A DNA stretch of 64,000 nucleotides, taken from Negaprion brevirostris. Taxonomy: Eukaryota. The translations under genes and the position numbers were made by a program. The notes under the pieces were generated by a model, which saw nothing but the letters and a program-made list of their open reading frames with translations, had not been told where the DNA came from and did no database searches. This document shows, piece by piece, positions 51,440 to 62,611 of the stretch. Where the stretch lies: contig JARDVH010000110.1 in NCBI GenBank assembly GCA_030324005.1, forward strand, positions 31,719,361 through 31,783,360. The letters run 5' to 3'. Every line of letters begins with the position of its first letter. The first letter of the stretch is position 1.

Positions 51440-52590
51440 ACTCAGTAGATAACGTGCCACATATAAGGCTATTACAAAAAATAAAACCTCATGGTGTCAG
51501 GGGTGACATATTAGCCTGGAAAGAAGATCAACCGGCTAACAGAAAACAGAGAATGTGCATAAATGTGTCTTTGTCTGACTGGCAGGGTGTGATGAGTGAA
51601 GTCTCATTGGAGCCTGTGCTGGGGACTCAACATTTATAATGTAAATCAAGGACTTAGATGAGAGGAGTGAAGGCATGGTGGCTAAATTTACAGATGACAC
51701 AAAGATAGTTAGGAAGATATGTTGTGGGGGAAAAGTACAGATTTTGCAGACGGGTATAGATGCATTGAACGAATCGCCAAACATCTAGAAAATGGAATAT
51801 TATGTAGGAAAGTGTAAGTTAGTCACTTTGGAAGGAAGAATAAAGAAGCTGAACATTATTTAAATGGACAACAACTGCAGAATGCTGAAGTGGGGAGGAA
51901 TTTAGGTCTTCCCCTGTATGAGTCAGAAAAAGTTAGTATGCAGGTACAGCGCATAATCAAGAAGACAAGTGGAATGCCATCTTTGTTTATGAGAGAAATT
52001 GAACATAAAAGTAAGGATATTATATTTCAGTTATACAAAGCATTGGTGAGACCACAACGTGAAAGTTGTATGCAGCTTTGGCCTCCTTATTTAATGAAGG
52101 ATGTAAATTTATTGGAGGTACATCAAAGGAGGTTTACTACGTTGATACTTGGAATGAGTAGGTTGTCTTCTGAGGATAGATTAGAAAGGCTGGGCTTGTT
52201 TCCACTAGAATACCGAAGAGTGATTGAAGCTTGTGGGATCCTGAACGGTATTGACAAGGTGGATGTTAAAAGAATGTTTCCTCTTGTGGGTAGGTTCAGA
52301 ACTCGGGGCACTGTTTTAAAACTAGAGGGTTGTCATTATAAGACAGAGATGAGCAGAAATCTCTTCTCTCAGAGGGTTGTGTGACTATGGAACTCTCTGC
52401 CTCAGAAGGCAGTGGGAGCAGGGTCACTAAATATCTTCCAGGTGGGGTAGATAGATTCTTGTTAGGCAGGGGAATCAAAAGTTATCAAGCGTAGATGGGG
52501 AATGTGAAACTCAACAGGTCAGCCTTGATCTTCTTGACTAGCAACAGGCTTGAGGGGTGAAATGGCTGACTTCTTCTCCTATTTCGAATA
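51440..52590 (+). mobile_element. CR1 LINE RT/3' region
   Basis: Peptides VPHIRLLQKIKPHGVRG, KFTDDTK and LYKALVRPQRESCMQLWPPY...FSQRVV. Confidence 0.9.
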
Positions 52591-53037
52591 TTATGGGCAC
52601 TAGCTACAGAAAAATCCTTCATAAGACCTTAAGAAATAGGAACAGGAGGCTGTTCAGCCCCTCAAGCCTGCTCTGCCATTCATGGCTGATCCAACATTTC
52701 TCATGTCCCCTTTCCTGCCCTTTCCCTTGTAACCCTTGATTTCCATACTGATCAAAATTCTATTTATCTAACCCTCTAAAATATACAAGGACACAGCTCT
52801 TTGTGGCAAGGAGTTCCAAAGACTCACAACCTTCTCCCAGCATTTAACCTATCAAGCACCTTAATGTCAGGTTGTTAACTTGAATCATCACTATATTATG
52901 TATGGCTTGATCCCATAATGGCTGAAAACTGGTCAGAATATGCGTGGGCAGGTTGAAATGGGATGGAAAATAAATACATATCTCTGTCAGCTTGACTACT
53001 TTATATTTTAAAAATTCTTTGATCTTCAAGATGGACA

Positions 53038-53302
53038 AGTGGTGGCACAGTTGTTAGCACTGCTGCCTCACAGTGCCAGGGAGCTGGGTTCAATTTCGGC
53101 CTTGGATGACTGTGTGGAGTTCGCACATTCTCCCCGTGTCTGCGTTGGTTTCTTCCAGGTGCTCTGGTTCCCTCCCACAGTCCAAACATGTATAGGTTAG
53201 GTGGATTGACCATGGTAAATGTGTAGGATTATGGGGATGGGGTGGGGAGACACCGTGGGTAACATGCTCTTTCGGAGAGTTGATGCAGCTACAATGGGCC
53301 AA
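53038..53302 (+). mobile_element. HE1-type SINE
   Basis: GGTGGCACAGTTGTTAGCACTGCTGCCTCACAG head and conserved body. Confidence 0.85.
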
Positions 53303-54960
53303 TAAAATTGCTCCAGCTGATCACATGCTGGCTTCTGCACGTTTCTGAGCAGTTTGAAAGCAAAGCCTAACAGCTCAAATGACCTGAAATATAACACCCA
53401 TTTCATCTATAAATATTCCAATCAAGCCAACACAATGGTTTTACATTTGAGATGTCTGCCCCAGCTAACGATGAACAAACGCAACTGTTTGCAACTCCCA
53501 ATACCCAATCTTGTGCTAATAACCTAAGCACACAATGGTTGTCAGCCAAGGGCCTTGTTTAACAACCTGAAACTAGTGTCACATGGCCAAGACTTGAGCT
53601 GTCTGAATTTCAAGCTGTTGGAAGTTATAGGCAGTCACCGCTTGACCTTGCAAGAGAAACAGTAACTCCAAGCAAGCAGACTGCACTATCTACCATCAAT
53701 GAGGTAGCAGCAAAAAGAATTCTGGCCCTCATCAAAACTGCAAACTATTGGAACATTAGAACTTGTAACTTCAAGACTAATTTAATGTGTCTTAGTGGGT
53801 GGAAAGACATCCTGCAACAGGCAACCTCCCCTCTGAAGAAACATTCCATTGGGTTGTTGATTCTGAACTCTGGACACACAAAGTGGGTGATTCTCTTGGC
53901 CCACTGCGCTGTGCTACGGCCGGGAGACAAAAACGAAGGCCATGTAGCAGGCTCCATGCTGGGCACCACCATACATCTTCGGTCGCCAGAATTCCAACAT
54001 CATCAGCTCCACGCTGGAAATCAGTGTGGAGCTGATTAAAATATTTAAATTCAAATTTCAATGTCATTAGTGGACCTAGGGCTGAAGTCTCCAGGCCAGC
54101 TAGCCTCTCCCCCCCACTGCTCCCTTCCCCCCCAGGGAATGTTTCACTCCAGCAGTGTTTGCAACAGCTTCCCACTAATGGGCCATGGAGGCACACCCCA
54201 GAGGTTGGGGGTTAGGGACTTTGCCAACTTGGCAGTGCTACCCTTGCTCCCTGGCACTGCCCAAAGGGCAATGCCAGAGAGTGGGGCTAGAGGGGGCAGG
54301 GCCTGTGAGGGAGATCAGTGGGGATGGGGAGGGGTGAGTCCCGCTGCCACTCTGCAGTCAGGATCAATGACAGAGGGAGGGAAGAAATGATCAGGGCTGA
54401 NNNNNNNNNNNNNNNNNNNNNNNNNNNNNNNNNNNNNNNNNNNNNNNNNNNNNNNNNNNNNNNNNNNNNNNNNNNNNNNNNNNNNNNNNNNNNNNNNNNN
54501 AGCCCCAACAGCACAGTGGCCCACTCAGTGCTATGTTGCCGACCTCTCCCGCGGGAACAGTTTCCGGCCACTGATTATCATCATGTTTCACGCTCTGTGA
54601 TGCACAGAGTGTAGCCGATACATTTTGAAAATCCTGCTAAAAAAAAGCCAGCAGAATTTACTTCAGTTTTTACACAAATTTGGCACTTCGAATTTTTTTG
54701 GGAGAATCCTGGCCATAAATTCCGAACTTCTAATTTATTGTGCTTGGGACATGAACCTCCTTCCTTTCCCTTACTCTTTTTTATATTGTGTGAGTGCAAA
54801 AGGGGACAGTTGTTGTAAAATCTCTCCCTTTTTTGTGTGTGTGTATGTGTGTGTGGAAGAAACTAACTCATTTTATTTTATCTTACCGAGAGTTTGATGT
54901 GCAATTATTCCTAGAGGGTTGGAGTATTTTAAATTTAAGGTTCGGGGACAATATGCCACC

Positions 54961-55053
54961 ACATATAAAGAGGAAAATCAAAATCAAAGCACCTTCCTGT
55001 TTCTTGATCAATAGCGAGAGAGGAAATCAGAACTGTTTAAATTACTTCCCCTA
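54961..55053 (+). promoter_or_regulatory. Cluster of ETS/PU.1-like GGAA sites upstream of the TLR gene
   Basis: AAAGAGGAAAAT (54967), CAGGAAGG (reverse, ~54992), GAGAGGAAAT (55018) and AGGGGAAGT (reverse, 55044-55052) within ~90 bp. Motif inference only. Confidence 0.35.
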
Positions 55054-55645
55054 CTGTCCATAACGGATACCACAAATTCATTGTCTTAATAATTGGAAAT
55101 TAAGCCTCTGAAAATTAAAGTTACCCATTGTAATTACATTGTTTCTATTAAATGCATTCCAGATTTTTTTAATGTATCATTCCACTACATTAACACTATT
55201 AGTTGGTCTGTGGAAAGCTCCCAAGTCTGCTGCTTTCTTCATTGTTCTTTAGGTGTACCCATACTGTCCCCCTGCTTGGTTACTTATACTTGTTATTTGT
55301 GGGGTAGCAGTCAGACAACTGATCATGAAAGGAATTAGGTTATCAATAGATGTGTGATGCTCCCTCTCATCCAGTGTGGTCTAAATAGAATTCCAGTCAC
55401 TCTCTTCATTGTTCATTCTAAGTGTTGTTAGAGATGGTAAATAAATTAATGTTGTCCACATTCCCAGAACAAATATTCCCATTGGTTTAGAGTGCTTTCA
55501 GTGCAAAAACAGTAGTATTGCTCAGGATGCTGAAATGTATTAGCTTTGTTCCCCTCACATTCAACTTTATGAATAACTTTGGCCCACGTCATAATTTGGC
55601 TTGTCATAATTGAGATCCCACCTCCCCCACATTACACATAAATCA

Positions 55646-55968
55646 CGGCACCATCGTGGTAGTGTTAGCACAGCTGCCTCACAGCACCAAGGACCCGGAT
55701 TCAATTCCAGACTCGGGTCACTGTCTGTGTGGAATTTGCACATTCTCCGCGTGTCTGTGTGGGTTTCTGTCGGATGTTCCGGTTTCCTCCCATAGGCCAA
55801 AGTTGTGCGGGTTAGGTTGATCGGCTGTGCTAAATTGCCACTTAGTTTCAGGGTAAATCTATAGGGTCAGTACTTGGGGTTTGGAGGATAGTGCCTGGGT
55901 GGGGATTATTGTCCATGCAGGCTTGATGGGCTGAATGGCCTCCTTCTGCACTGTAGGGATTCTGTTAT
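55646..55968 (+). mobile_element. HE1-type SINE ~250 bp upstream of the TLR ORF
   Basis: Conserved body GGGTCACTGTCTGTGTGGAATTTGCACATTCTCC and tail GGCCTCCTTCTGCACTGTAGGGATTCT. Confidence 0.85.
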
Positions 55969-56215
55969 TTTCGAAATGACATGTATTCACAGTGGGATTT
56001 AGTTCCTTCAAAAGGAATATCCTGTTGGGGTAATCATCAGACTTCAGAAGAACAACTGTTTGAATGGTGAAGGCGTGCTATTTTAAACAGTCAGCTCTGT
56101 CTCACTCCTCGAATGCGGAAGAAAAGGCCGTAAGAATCTTAAACGAGTGTAAGGATTTGGGGAGTGGTTCAGTTTAATTGCAGAAGTTCCATACTCAGTA
56201 AGTAAATTCGACCGA

Positions 56216-59164
56216 ATGTATTCACAGATGGCCGAGCTAACCATGCATATCACTAAACTTATACTGGTGTTAGTTTCCTTTAATCGGGATCTAGGGCTGC
56301 AGGTTTTGAGTTTCTCGTTGCACGATTGCCAAGTGCATGGCTCCTTACTTGTTGGCACGAACCTGAAAGTGTTATGTTACGGGATGAAATTGGACAGGGT
56401 CCCACGCTACATTCCGGCCACCACAAAAAACCTGGACTTGTCTGAAAACAGAATAGCGAGGCTACAGAATTCCACCTTCGATCACTTGCTGCAACTGCAA
56501 GTGTTGAACATCTCCAAGAACAGAATATGTGATATTGCGGAGGAGACTTTCGGCCCGCTTAAGAGTCTGTCTTATCTGGATCTGAGTGACAATAGGTTGA
56601 CCACACTAACGAAAAGCATGCTGAACGGCCTGAGGAATCTCACTACGTTGCTAGTGAACAGCAACAACATTCGCAAGATTGACCCCGATGCCTTCGTCGG
56701 ACTGGTGAACGTGCGAACCATCAATTTAAACTCTAACACGTTAAATTGTTTGGAGAAAGCGAGGGGGGCGTTTAACGCCGTTGCTGCAGAGAAATTGTAC
56801 TTGGGAGACAATAGGTTGGTTAACTTCTCGACCCAGGACATCTCTTCTGTGCCGAAAACCCTCAAAGATTTGGATGTGTCAAAGAACCCCTTGGTTCTCT
56901 GCAATGTCACAACTGATGTGCTGGGCGGTCTCCGCTCTCTGGATCTCTCGGCCGTGGGGGGCAATCAGTCGGTCGCGCTGCACGTTGCAGACGGATCATA
57001 TTTAAAAGGCATGAAGAAATTAGCTTTAGGAGGAATTCACATGTCCCCACCTGAGATACGGGCGCTCCTTGCAAGCATAAGGAATGTGTCACTGGAAGAC
57101 ATTGAACTAAACAATCTGCAATTGCAGGCGACTAGCCCCCTCCTGTTGGAAATCTGCATTTTGCACCAAAACTTAAGAGTTTTAAACCTGAGCAAAAATA
57201 GCCTCGACCCTTTAAATGGCGATGGTATATTTAGGTCATGTGCACATTTAGAGGTCTTAAACTTATCAATGAATAAGTTGAGCAATATCTCGAGTTCTTC
57301 ATTCAACCACTCGCTTGCTCTCAAACTGTTGTCCCTTGCTAGCAATGAACTAACGGTGGTCCCTGATGCCATTTCGCGTGCCCGCAATTTGGAAACGCTG
57401 GACCTCAGTTTCAATCATATCGGCCGTATCAATTCTCATGATTTTGCCACCCTCGGTAAACTCAAACATCTGCTTCTAGTCGGAAATAAAATCACTGGAA
57501 TCGCATCATCTTCATTTTCCGGGCTTTTTCAATTGACAGAACTGCAGCTGGGTGAGAATCAGCTGCTGGAAATAGCCAACTTCTCGTCCAGCCTGAAGAG
57601 GCTCAGAATTCTCAATCTTAGATGCAACAAGTTGAATTTTATTGAGAAGCACACTTTCCACCATCTGCAGAACCTGCGGTACCTTAATTTGATTGACAAT
57701 CAGATATCCCATCTGCATGAAGGGAGTTTTGATGGCCTTTCAAATCTAAAACACTTGTTCTTGGGATCTAACAGGCTGACGGCTGATATTCTGAAAGACC
57801 ATGTATTTTCACCAGTTGAGTCCTTGGAAGAACTTCAACTGTTTGAAAACTATCTCACATATCCATCTTCAAAGAAGTTAGACAGCGCACCGTTTACTTC
57901 GCTCAAGTTCCTGCGCCGCCTCTCCTTAAATAGCCAGGCTCACAACGGCCTTCAGCATTTCCCTGTAAACCTCCTGGAAGGGTTAAATGCTTTGGAACAG
58001 TTGCACGCAGGAAATATTGTCATTAGTTACATTGATTCTGATACCTTTTACTATGCGCCAAATATTTCTTTCTTGGATTTGAGCAACAATGCTTTCAAGT
58101 CCATTAATTTCAGTTTGTTACTGCATCTACCCGCCTTAGTCCAACTTCATCTCAATAAAGTTGAATTGCAGAATCTGGACTTTCTGAAGGATGCAAGGTT
58201 GGTCAATTTGAAACTCCTCAGGGCTAGGGGTAATCAGATTGGTCTTGTGAATTTAACGCATATCGAAGCAATGCCATCACTCACATTTTTGGACCTCAGA
58301 GATAACCCTTTCATGTGTGCGTGTGATAATTCTTGGTTCCAAAACTGGTCTCTATCTGGCAATAAAACTCAAGTGATCTACTTCGATTGGTTCACATGTT
58401 CTTACCCACCCAATCTTAAAGGAATGAAACTGGTTGATTTTAATTCGAACTCTTGCGTTGTCCATTTTGAGTTTTTGCTCTACATTTCATCATCCACAGT
58501 TGTAATAATGACAATATTAGTAAGTTTTACCTATCATTTTTGGAGGTGGCATGTTATATATGCATATTACCTCTTATTGGCATTAATTTATGATAATCGT
58601 AAGAGAGGCCGAAAGGAACACTACAAATACGATGCTTTTATTTCCTATAACACGCAAGATGAACATTGGGTATTGAACCAACTGTTGCCAAATCTAGAAG
58701 GCAACAATGAATGGACCTTATGTCTCCACCATCGAGATTTCGAACCCGGGAGACCGATCATCGACAACATTGTGGACAACATCTATCAGAGTAGGAAAAC
58801 GATCTGTGTAATCAGTCGCCATTATTTAGAGAGTGAATGGTGTTCCAGAGAAATCCAGGTAGCAAGCTTTCGGCTTTTTGATGAAAGGCTAGACGTACTG
58901 ATTTTGGTTTTTTTGGAGGACATACCTCCAGACCAACTTTCCCCATATCACAGGATGAGGAAACTGGTGAAAAAGACAACGTATTTGCAGTGGCCTAAGC
59001 ATCAAGGGGAGTTGGCCTTGTTCTGGCATAAACTTCGTACTGCATTGAAAACAGCCNNNNNNNNNNNNNNNNNNNNNNNNNNNNNNNNNNNNNNNNNNNN
59101 NNNNATACATAGTGTTAGTTACTCTGAAACCATTAACCTCTACACAACAAAGAAAATGATATAG
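56216..59164 (+). CDS. TLR22: Toll-like receptor, TLR11 family, TLR22-like (such genes are often auto-annotated as TLR13)
   Basis: Uninterrupted ORF with a signal-peptide-like N-terminus, many LxxLxLxxN LRRs, LRRCT (NPFMCACDNSWF..FTCSYP..SC), a TM helix (FLLYISSSTVVIMTILVSFTY) and TIR (YDAFISYN, LCLHHRDFEPGRPIIDNI, SEWCSREIQVASFRLFDE, LSPYHRMRKL). The true start Met is uncertain and the C-terminus crosses a 47-N gap (59057-59103). Confidence 0.93.
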   Translation: MYSQMAELTMHITKLILVLVSFNRDLGLQVLSFSLHDCQVHGSLLVGTNLKVLCYGMKLDRVPRYIPATTKNLDLSENRIARLQNSTFDHLLQLQVLNISKNRICDIAEETFGPLKSLSYLDLSDNRLTTLTKSMLNGLRNLTTLLVNSNNIRKIDPDAFVGLVNVRTINLNSNTLNCLEKARGAFNAVAAEKLYLGDNRLVNFSTQDISSVPKTLKDLDVSKNPLVLCNVTTDVLGGLRSLDLSAVGGNQSVALHVADGSYLKGMKKLALGGIHMSPPEIRALLASIRNVSLEDIELNNLQLQATSPLLLEICILHQNLRVLNLSKNSLDPLNGDGIFRSCAHLEVLNLSMNKLSNISSSSFNHSLALKLLSLASNELTVVPDAISRARNLETLDLSFNHIGRINSHDFATLGKLKHLLLVGNKITGIASSSFSGLFQLTELQLGENQLLEIANFSSSLKRLRILNLRCNKLNFIEKHTFHHLQNLRYLNLIDNQISHLHEGSFDGLSNLKHLFLGSNRLTADILKDHVFSPVESLEELQLFENYLTYPSSKKLDSAPFTSLKFLRRLSLNSQAHNGLQHFPVNLLEGLNALEQLHAGNIVISYIDSDTFYYAPNISFLDLSNNAFKSINFSLLLHLPALVQLHLNKVELQNLDFLKDARLVNLKLLRARGNQIGLVNLTHIEAMPSLTFLDLRDNPFMCACDNSWFQNWSLSGNKTQVIYFDWFTCSYPPNLKGMKLVDFNSNSCVVHFEFLLYISSSTVVIMTILVSFTYHFWRWHVIYAYYLLLALIYDNRKRGRKEHYKYDAFISYNTQDEHWVLNQLLPNLEGNNEWTLCLHHRDFEPGRPIIDNIVDNIYQSRKTICVISRHYLESEWCSREIQVASFRLFDERLDVLILVFLEDIPPDQLSPYHRMRKLVKKTTYLQWPKHQGELALFWHKLRTALKTAXXXXXXXXXXXXXXXXIHSVSYSETINLYTTKKMI

Positions 59165-59745
59165 AATCAGATGTAAATTCTCTCAAACTTTATTAGCTCA
59201 AGTTATTGTTAACTTTGGCCAAAATGCCTGCCTCACCGTGTGGAAAGGACTGTTGCCATTAGACGTAGGCAATGAATTTTGGCTTTATCAACGTCAGCCA
59301 TATGCTGAGAATGTTTTTTTTAAACTAATAGAAGATAGAGAAATTTAACATTGTTATTGAGGTATCTGTAGATTTGTGTACTACTAGGAAATGTTTGTTA
59401 ATCTTAATGTTGGATGTATTTACAATCGTTTGTGATGTACCCAAAGCCAACACAGAACATAGAAGTAAATATTTGCAAAATGCCAATTTCTCTTTTCCAA
59501 ATAATTTCCATTCTGGCTATCCCGATTTCAGTTGCAAGCAAGTCAAATTCTTTTTTCTTTAACTTCTGTCAATGGTTTGGACTGTGAAACGCAAATTAAT
59601 CAAAACAGGCTGCTCGGAAATTACAAATAATTTGGATGCAATATGTACATTGACAGATGAATAATTGCAGATTAAATTTAATTCGGACCAGTTGCACATG
59701 AAGGAAAAATAGGTGGCATGCATTCATTAATTGAATTATAATAGG

Positions 59746-60480
59746 TGTTACAATCCCAGCTGATGTCATAACTGGACGGGAAGATCCCAAAATAGAACAC
59801 TGGCTTAAAACACCATAAGTTTTTTTTTAGAAAACATGGATGGATCGAGTCACAGGGCTACCAGTTAGCTTTTGACATCANNNNNNNNNNATCAAAAAAT
59901 ATTTATTAAACATTAAAAATCTGGCCACAATACTCCTTCACTCCCACTTATCTTCACAAATGTAGACTTAAAGGATAACACATTACAAAATATATCTTGT
60001 GCTATAATGTTCTCAATAAACAGATAGAGTAGGATTTTATGGCCTCACTCATTCCAAAATCAAAAATCCCGCTCAAGGTCAACAGACCTTCCCATGCTCT
60101 CCCTGTTGCCCATTCCAATTCCCATGGCAAGCAGATCAGTAGAATTCCGGTCATAGTCTCTGTAACCAGAAGGACTAATTGTGGTCAGACAACACCCCAC
60201 TCTGAAATCCTGTGGCAGATGCCACTCAGTTGATCTTCTATGGATTTCTCCTCAAATCTGCCTTCTATCCTATTGTATGATTCTATGATTGTTACATGGG
60301 TGATTCCAAACTCCACACCCAAAAAACAAATTTTATAACCTTCTTTCATACAATGTTTTCCCTCAACTGTTTAGCAAGGATCTAACTCCCTGTTTTCCAA
60401 TTATCCTTTAGAAAAAGGCTTCCTTTCAGGTATTTCAGCAAGGATTCAGCTCCATGTTTTCCAACTCTCTTCTCAGTATT
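59746..60480 (-). mobile_element. LTR-like repeat containing a short MITE (60030-60152)
   Basis: Begins TGTTAC (…GTAACA on the - strand) with TTTATT shortly after; the inner MITE matches 27162-27272. Confidence 0.4.
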
Positions 60481-60617
60481 CTTTTGTCCTGAATTGGCAT
60501 ATGTGTCCCAATTTCTCAGTCCCCCTAAGCGTGAGAACCCTAATAGGTTAATAAGATTTTTAAGCCATTAAGGCACTGATAGAACTGCCAGCATTAGGTT
60601 AAATGACTTTTAATAAT

Positions 60618-60948
60618 GGGCAGCACAGTAGCACAGTGGTTAGCACTGCTGCTTCACAGCTCCAAGGATTCCTGGCTTGAGTCACTGTCTGTGTGTTGTT
60701 TGCACATTCTCCTTGTGTCTGCATGGGTTTCCTCCAGGTGCTCCGGTTTCCTCCTACAGTCCAAAGAAGTGCAGATTAGGTTGATTGGCTATGCTAAAAT
60801 TGCCCCTTAGTGTCCTGAGATGCATAGGTTAGAGGGATTAGTGGGTAAAATATGTAGGGATATGGGGATAGGGCCTCGGTGGGACTGTGGTTGGTGCAGA
60901 CTCGATGGGCCGAAGGGCCTCTTTCTGCACTGCATGATTCTACGATTT
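60618..60948 (+). mobile_element. HE1-type SINE
   Basis: GGGCAGCACAGTAGCACAGTGGTTAGCACTGCTGC head and CR1-like tail. Confidence 0.88.
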
Positions 60949-61399
60949 CTAAGTATGGCTGGAGCAGGAAGTGATTTAAAGGGTGTGGTGTTTAAAGAAT
61001 CATTTTTTGATAAATAAGGGAGAAAATGTTTTTGAGAGTGTTTAGATAGAAGTCTGTGATACTTTTTGTGTGAATGGTTCACCAACATTCTTTAGGGAAG
61101 GAAATCCTCTGTCCTTACTTTTGATTTGATTTATTATTGCAACATATATTGGTATACAGTGAAAAGTATTGTTTATTGAGTGCTATACAGACAAAGCATA
61201 CCGTTCATGGAGAAGGAAACAAGAGAGTGCAGAATGTAGTGTTAGAGTCACAGCTACAGGCAGTTTTTTTTTGTAATTTTTTTTACAGTCATGGACATAA
61301 CTAAAGCTACTTAATGTGACCTACATGTGGCTCCAGACCCACAGCCATGTAGCTGACTCTTAATTGTCCTCTGAAATGGCCCAGAAAATCACTCAGTTA

Positions 61400-61898
61400 T
61401 GAACAAAGAACAAACAGCAAAGAAAATTACAGCACAGGAACAGGCTCTTCAGCCCTCCAAGCTTGCACCGACCATGCTGCCTGACTTAACTAAAACCCCT
61501 ACCCTTCCGTGGACCATATTCCTCTATTCCCATCTCATTCATGTACTTGTCAAGATGCCCCTTAAAAGTCATTACCGGCAAAGAGTTCCAAGCACCTGCC
61601 ACTCTGTGTAAAATATCTGCCTCGTCCATCACACCTTAAATCTATGCCCCCTAATAATTGACTCTTCCACCCTGTGAAAAAGCTTCTGACTATCCACTCT
61701 GTCCATGCTCTCATAATCTTGTAGACTTCTATCAGGTCTCTCCTCAACCTCTGTCGCTCCAAGTCTCCTCATAGCTAATGCCTTCCATAGTAGGCAACAT
61801 CCTGGTAAATCTTTTCTGTGTCCTCTCCAAAGCCTCCGCATTCTTCTGGTAGTGTGGCAACCAGAATTGGACATTATATTCCAAGTGCGGCCTAACTA
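61400..61898 (-). mobile_element. CR1 3' end
   Basis: Peptides RLRRDLIEVYKIMR and MDRVDSQKLFHRVEESIIRGHRFKV. Confidence 0.88.
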
Positions 61899-61998
61899 NN
61901 NNNNNNNNNNNNNNNNNNNNNNNNNNNNNNNNNNNNNNNNNNNNNNNNNNNNNNNNNNNNNNNNNNNNNNNNNNNNNNNNNNNNNNNNNNNNNNNNNN

Positions 61999-62570
61999 AA
62001 GTTTTGGATGGAGTACACCCTTAGAACATATTTCATGAATAGGGTTAATTCATTGTCCAGATAAGATGGATGCATGTCCAGACGTGGAGTCATATGTTAA
62101 TCTGGTTTGGCGCTGACCTACAGAGGAACTCATGGGAACACTCATTTGAACTTTGAGCTAGAATCTGAGGTTATTAGGCAACGTGGGAAGTGTGGTCAGC
62201 CAAGACAGGACTTAGCTTCTGGATTCGACAACTAATAAAATGCTATTATGCCAGAGGGTAAGATTCGATTGGCTAAGATATATGACAGATATTATTGCGG
62301 ATTTATGTATATTGAAGATGATTGAGTTAAAGCTAATGAAAGGCAGGACTAATTGATAAGAAAAACCTATAATTGATTTGTTTTGAATTGTATATGTCAG
62401 ATTTTCATCGGTTGAGCTATTCTATTTCAGAGCTGCCTTGACCCTTTGGTGCTCTCCCGCAGCCGCTCATCTAAATAAAAGTTACATCTTTAAACTGAGT
62501 TGCTGGCTTTGTGAGTCTTGTATTATTTGGAGTTTAGGCAGTACTGCCCACCTTGGAAACCTGAACAACA
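61999..62570 (+). mobile_element. LTR-like repeat, same family as 33928-34460
   Basis: AATAAA near 62474 and ends ...AACAACA; similar to the reverse complement of 33928-34460. Confidence 0.65.
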
Positions 62571-62611
62571 GCCCTCAAACAGAACACTATTGTTTCAAAG
62601 ATTGGAAGTAA

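Noticed and set aside
56572-57718. Several antisense or alternative-frame ORFs over the TLR
   Set aside because: They are shadows of the long TLR ORF.
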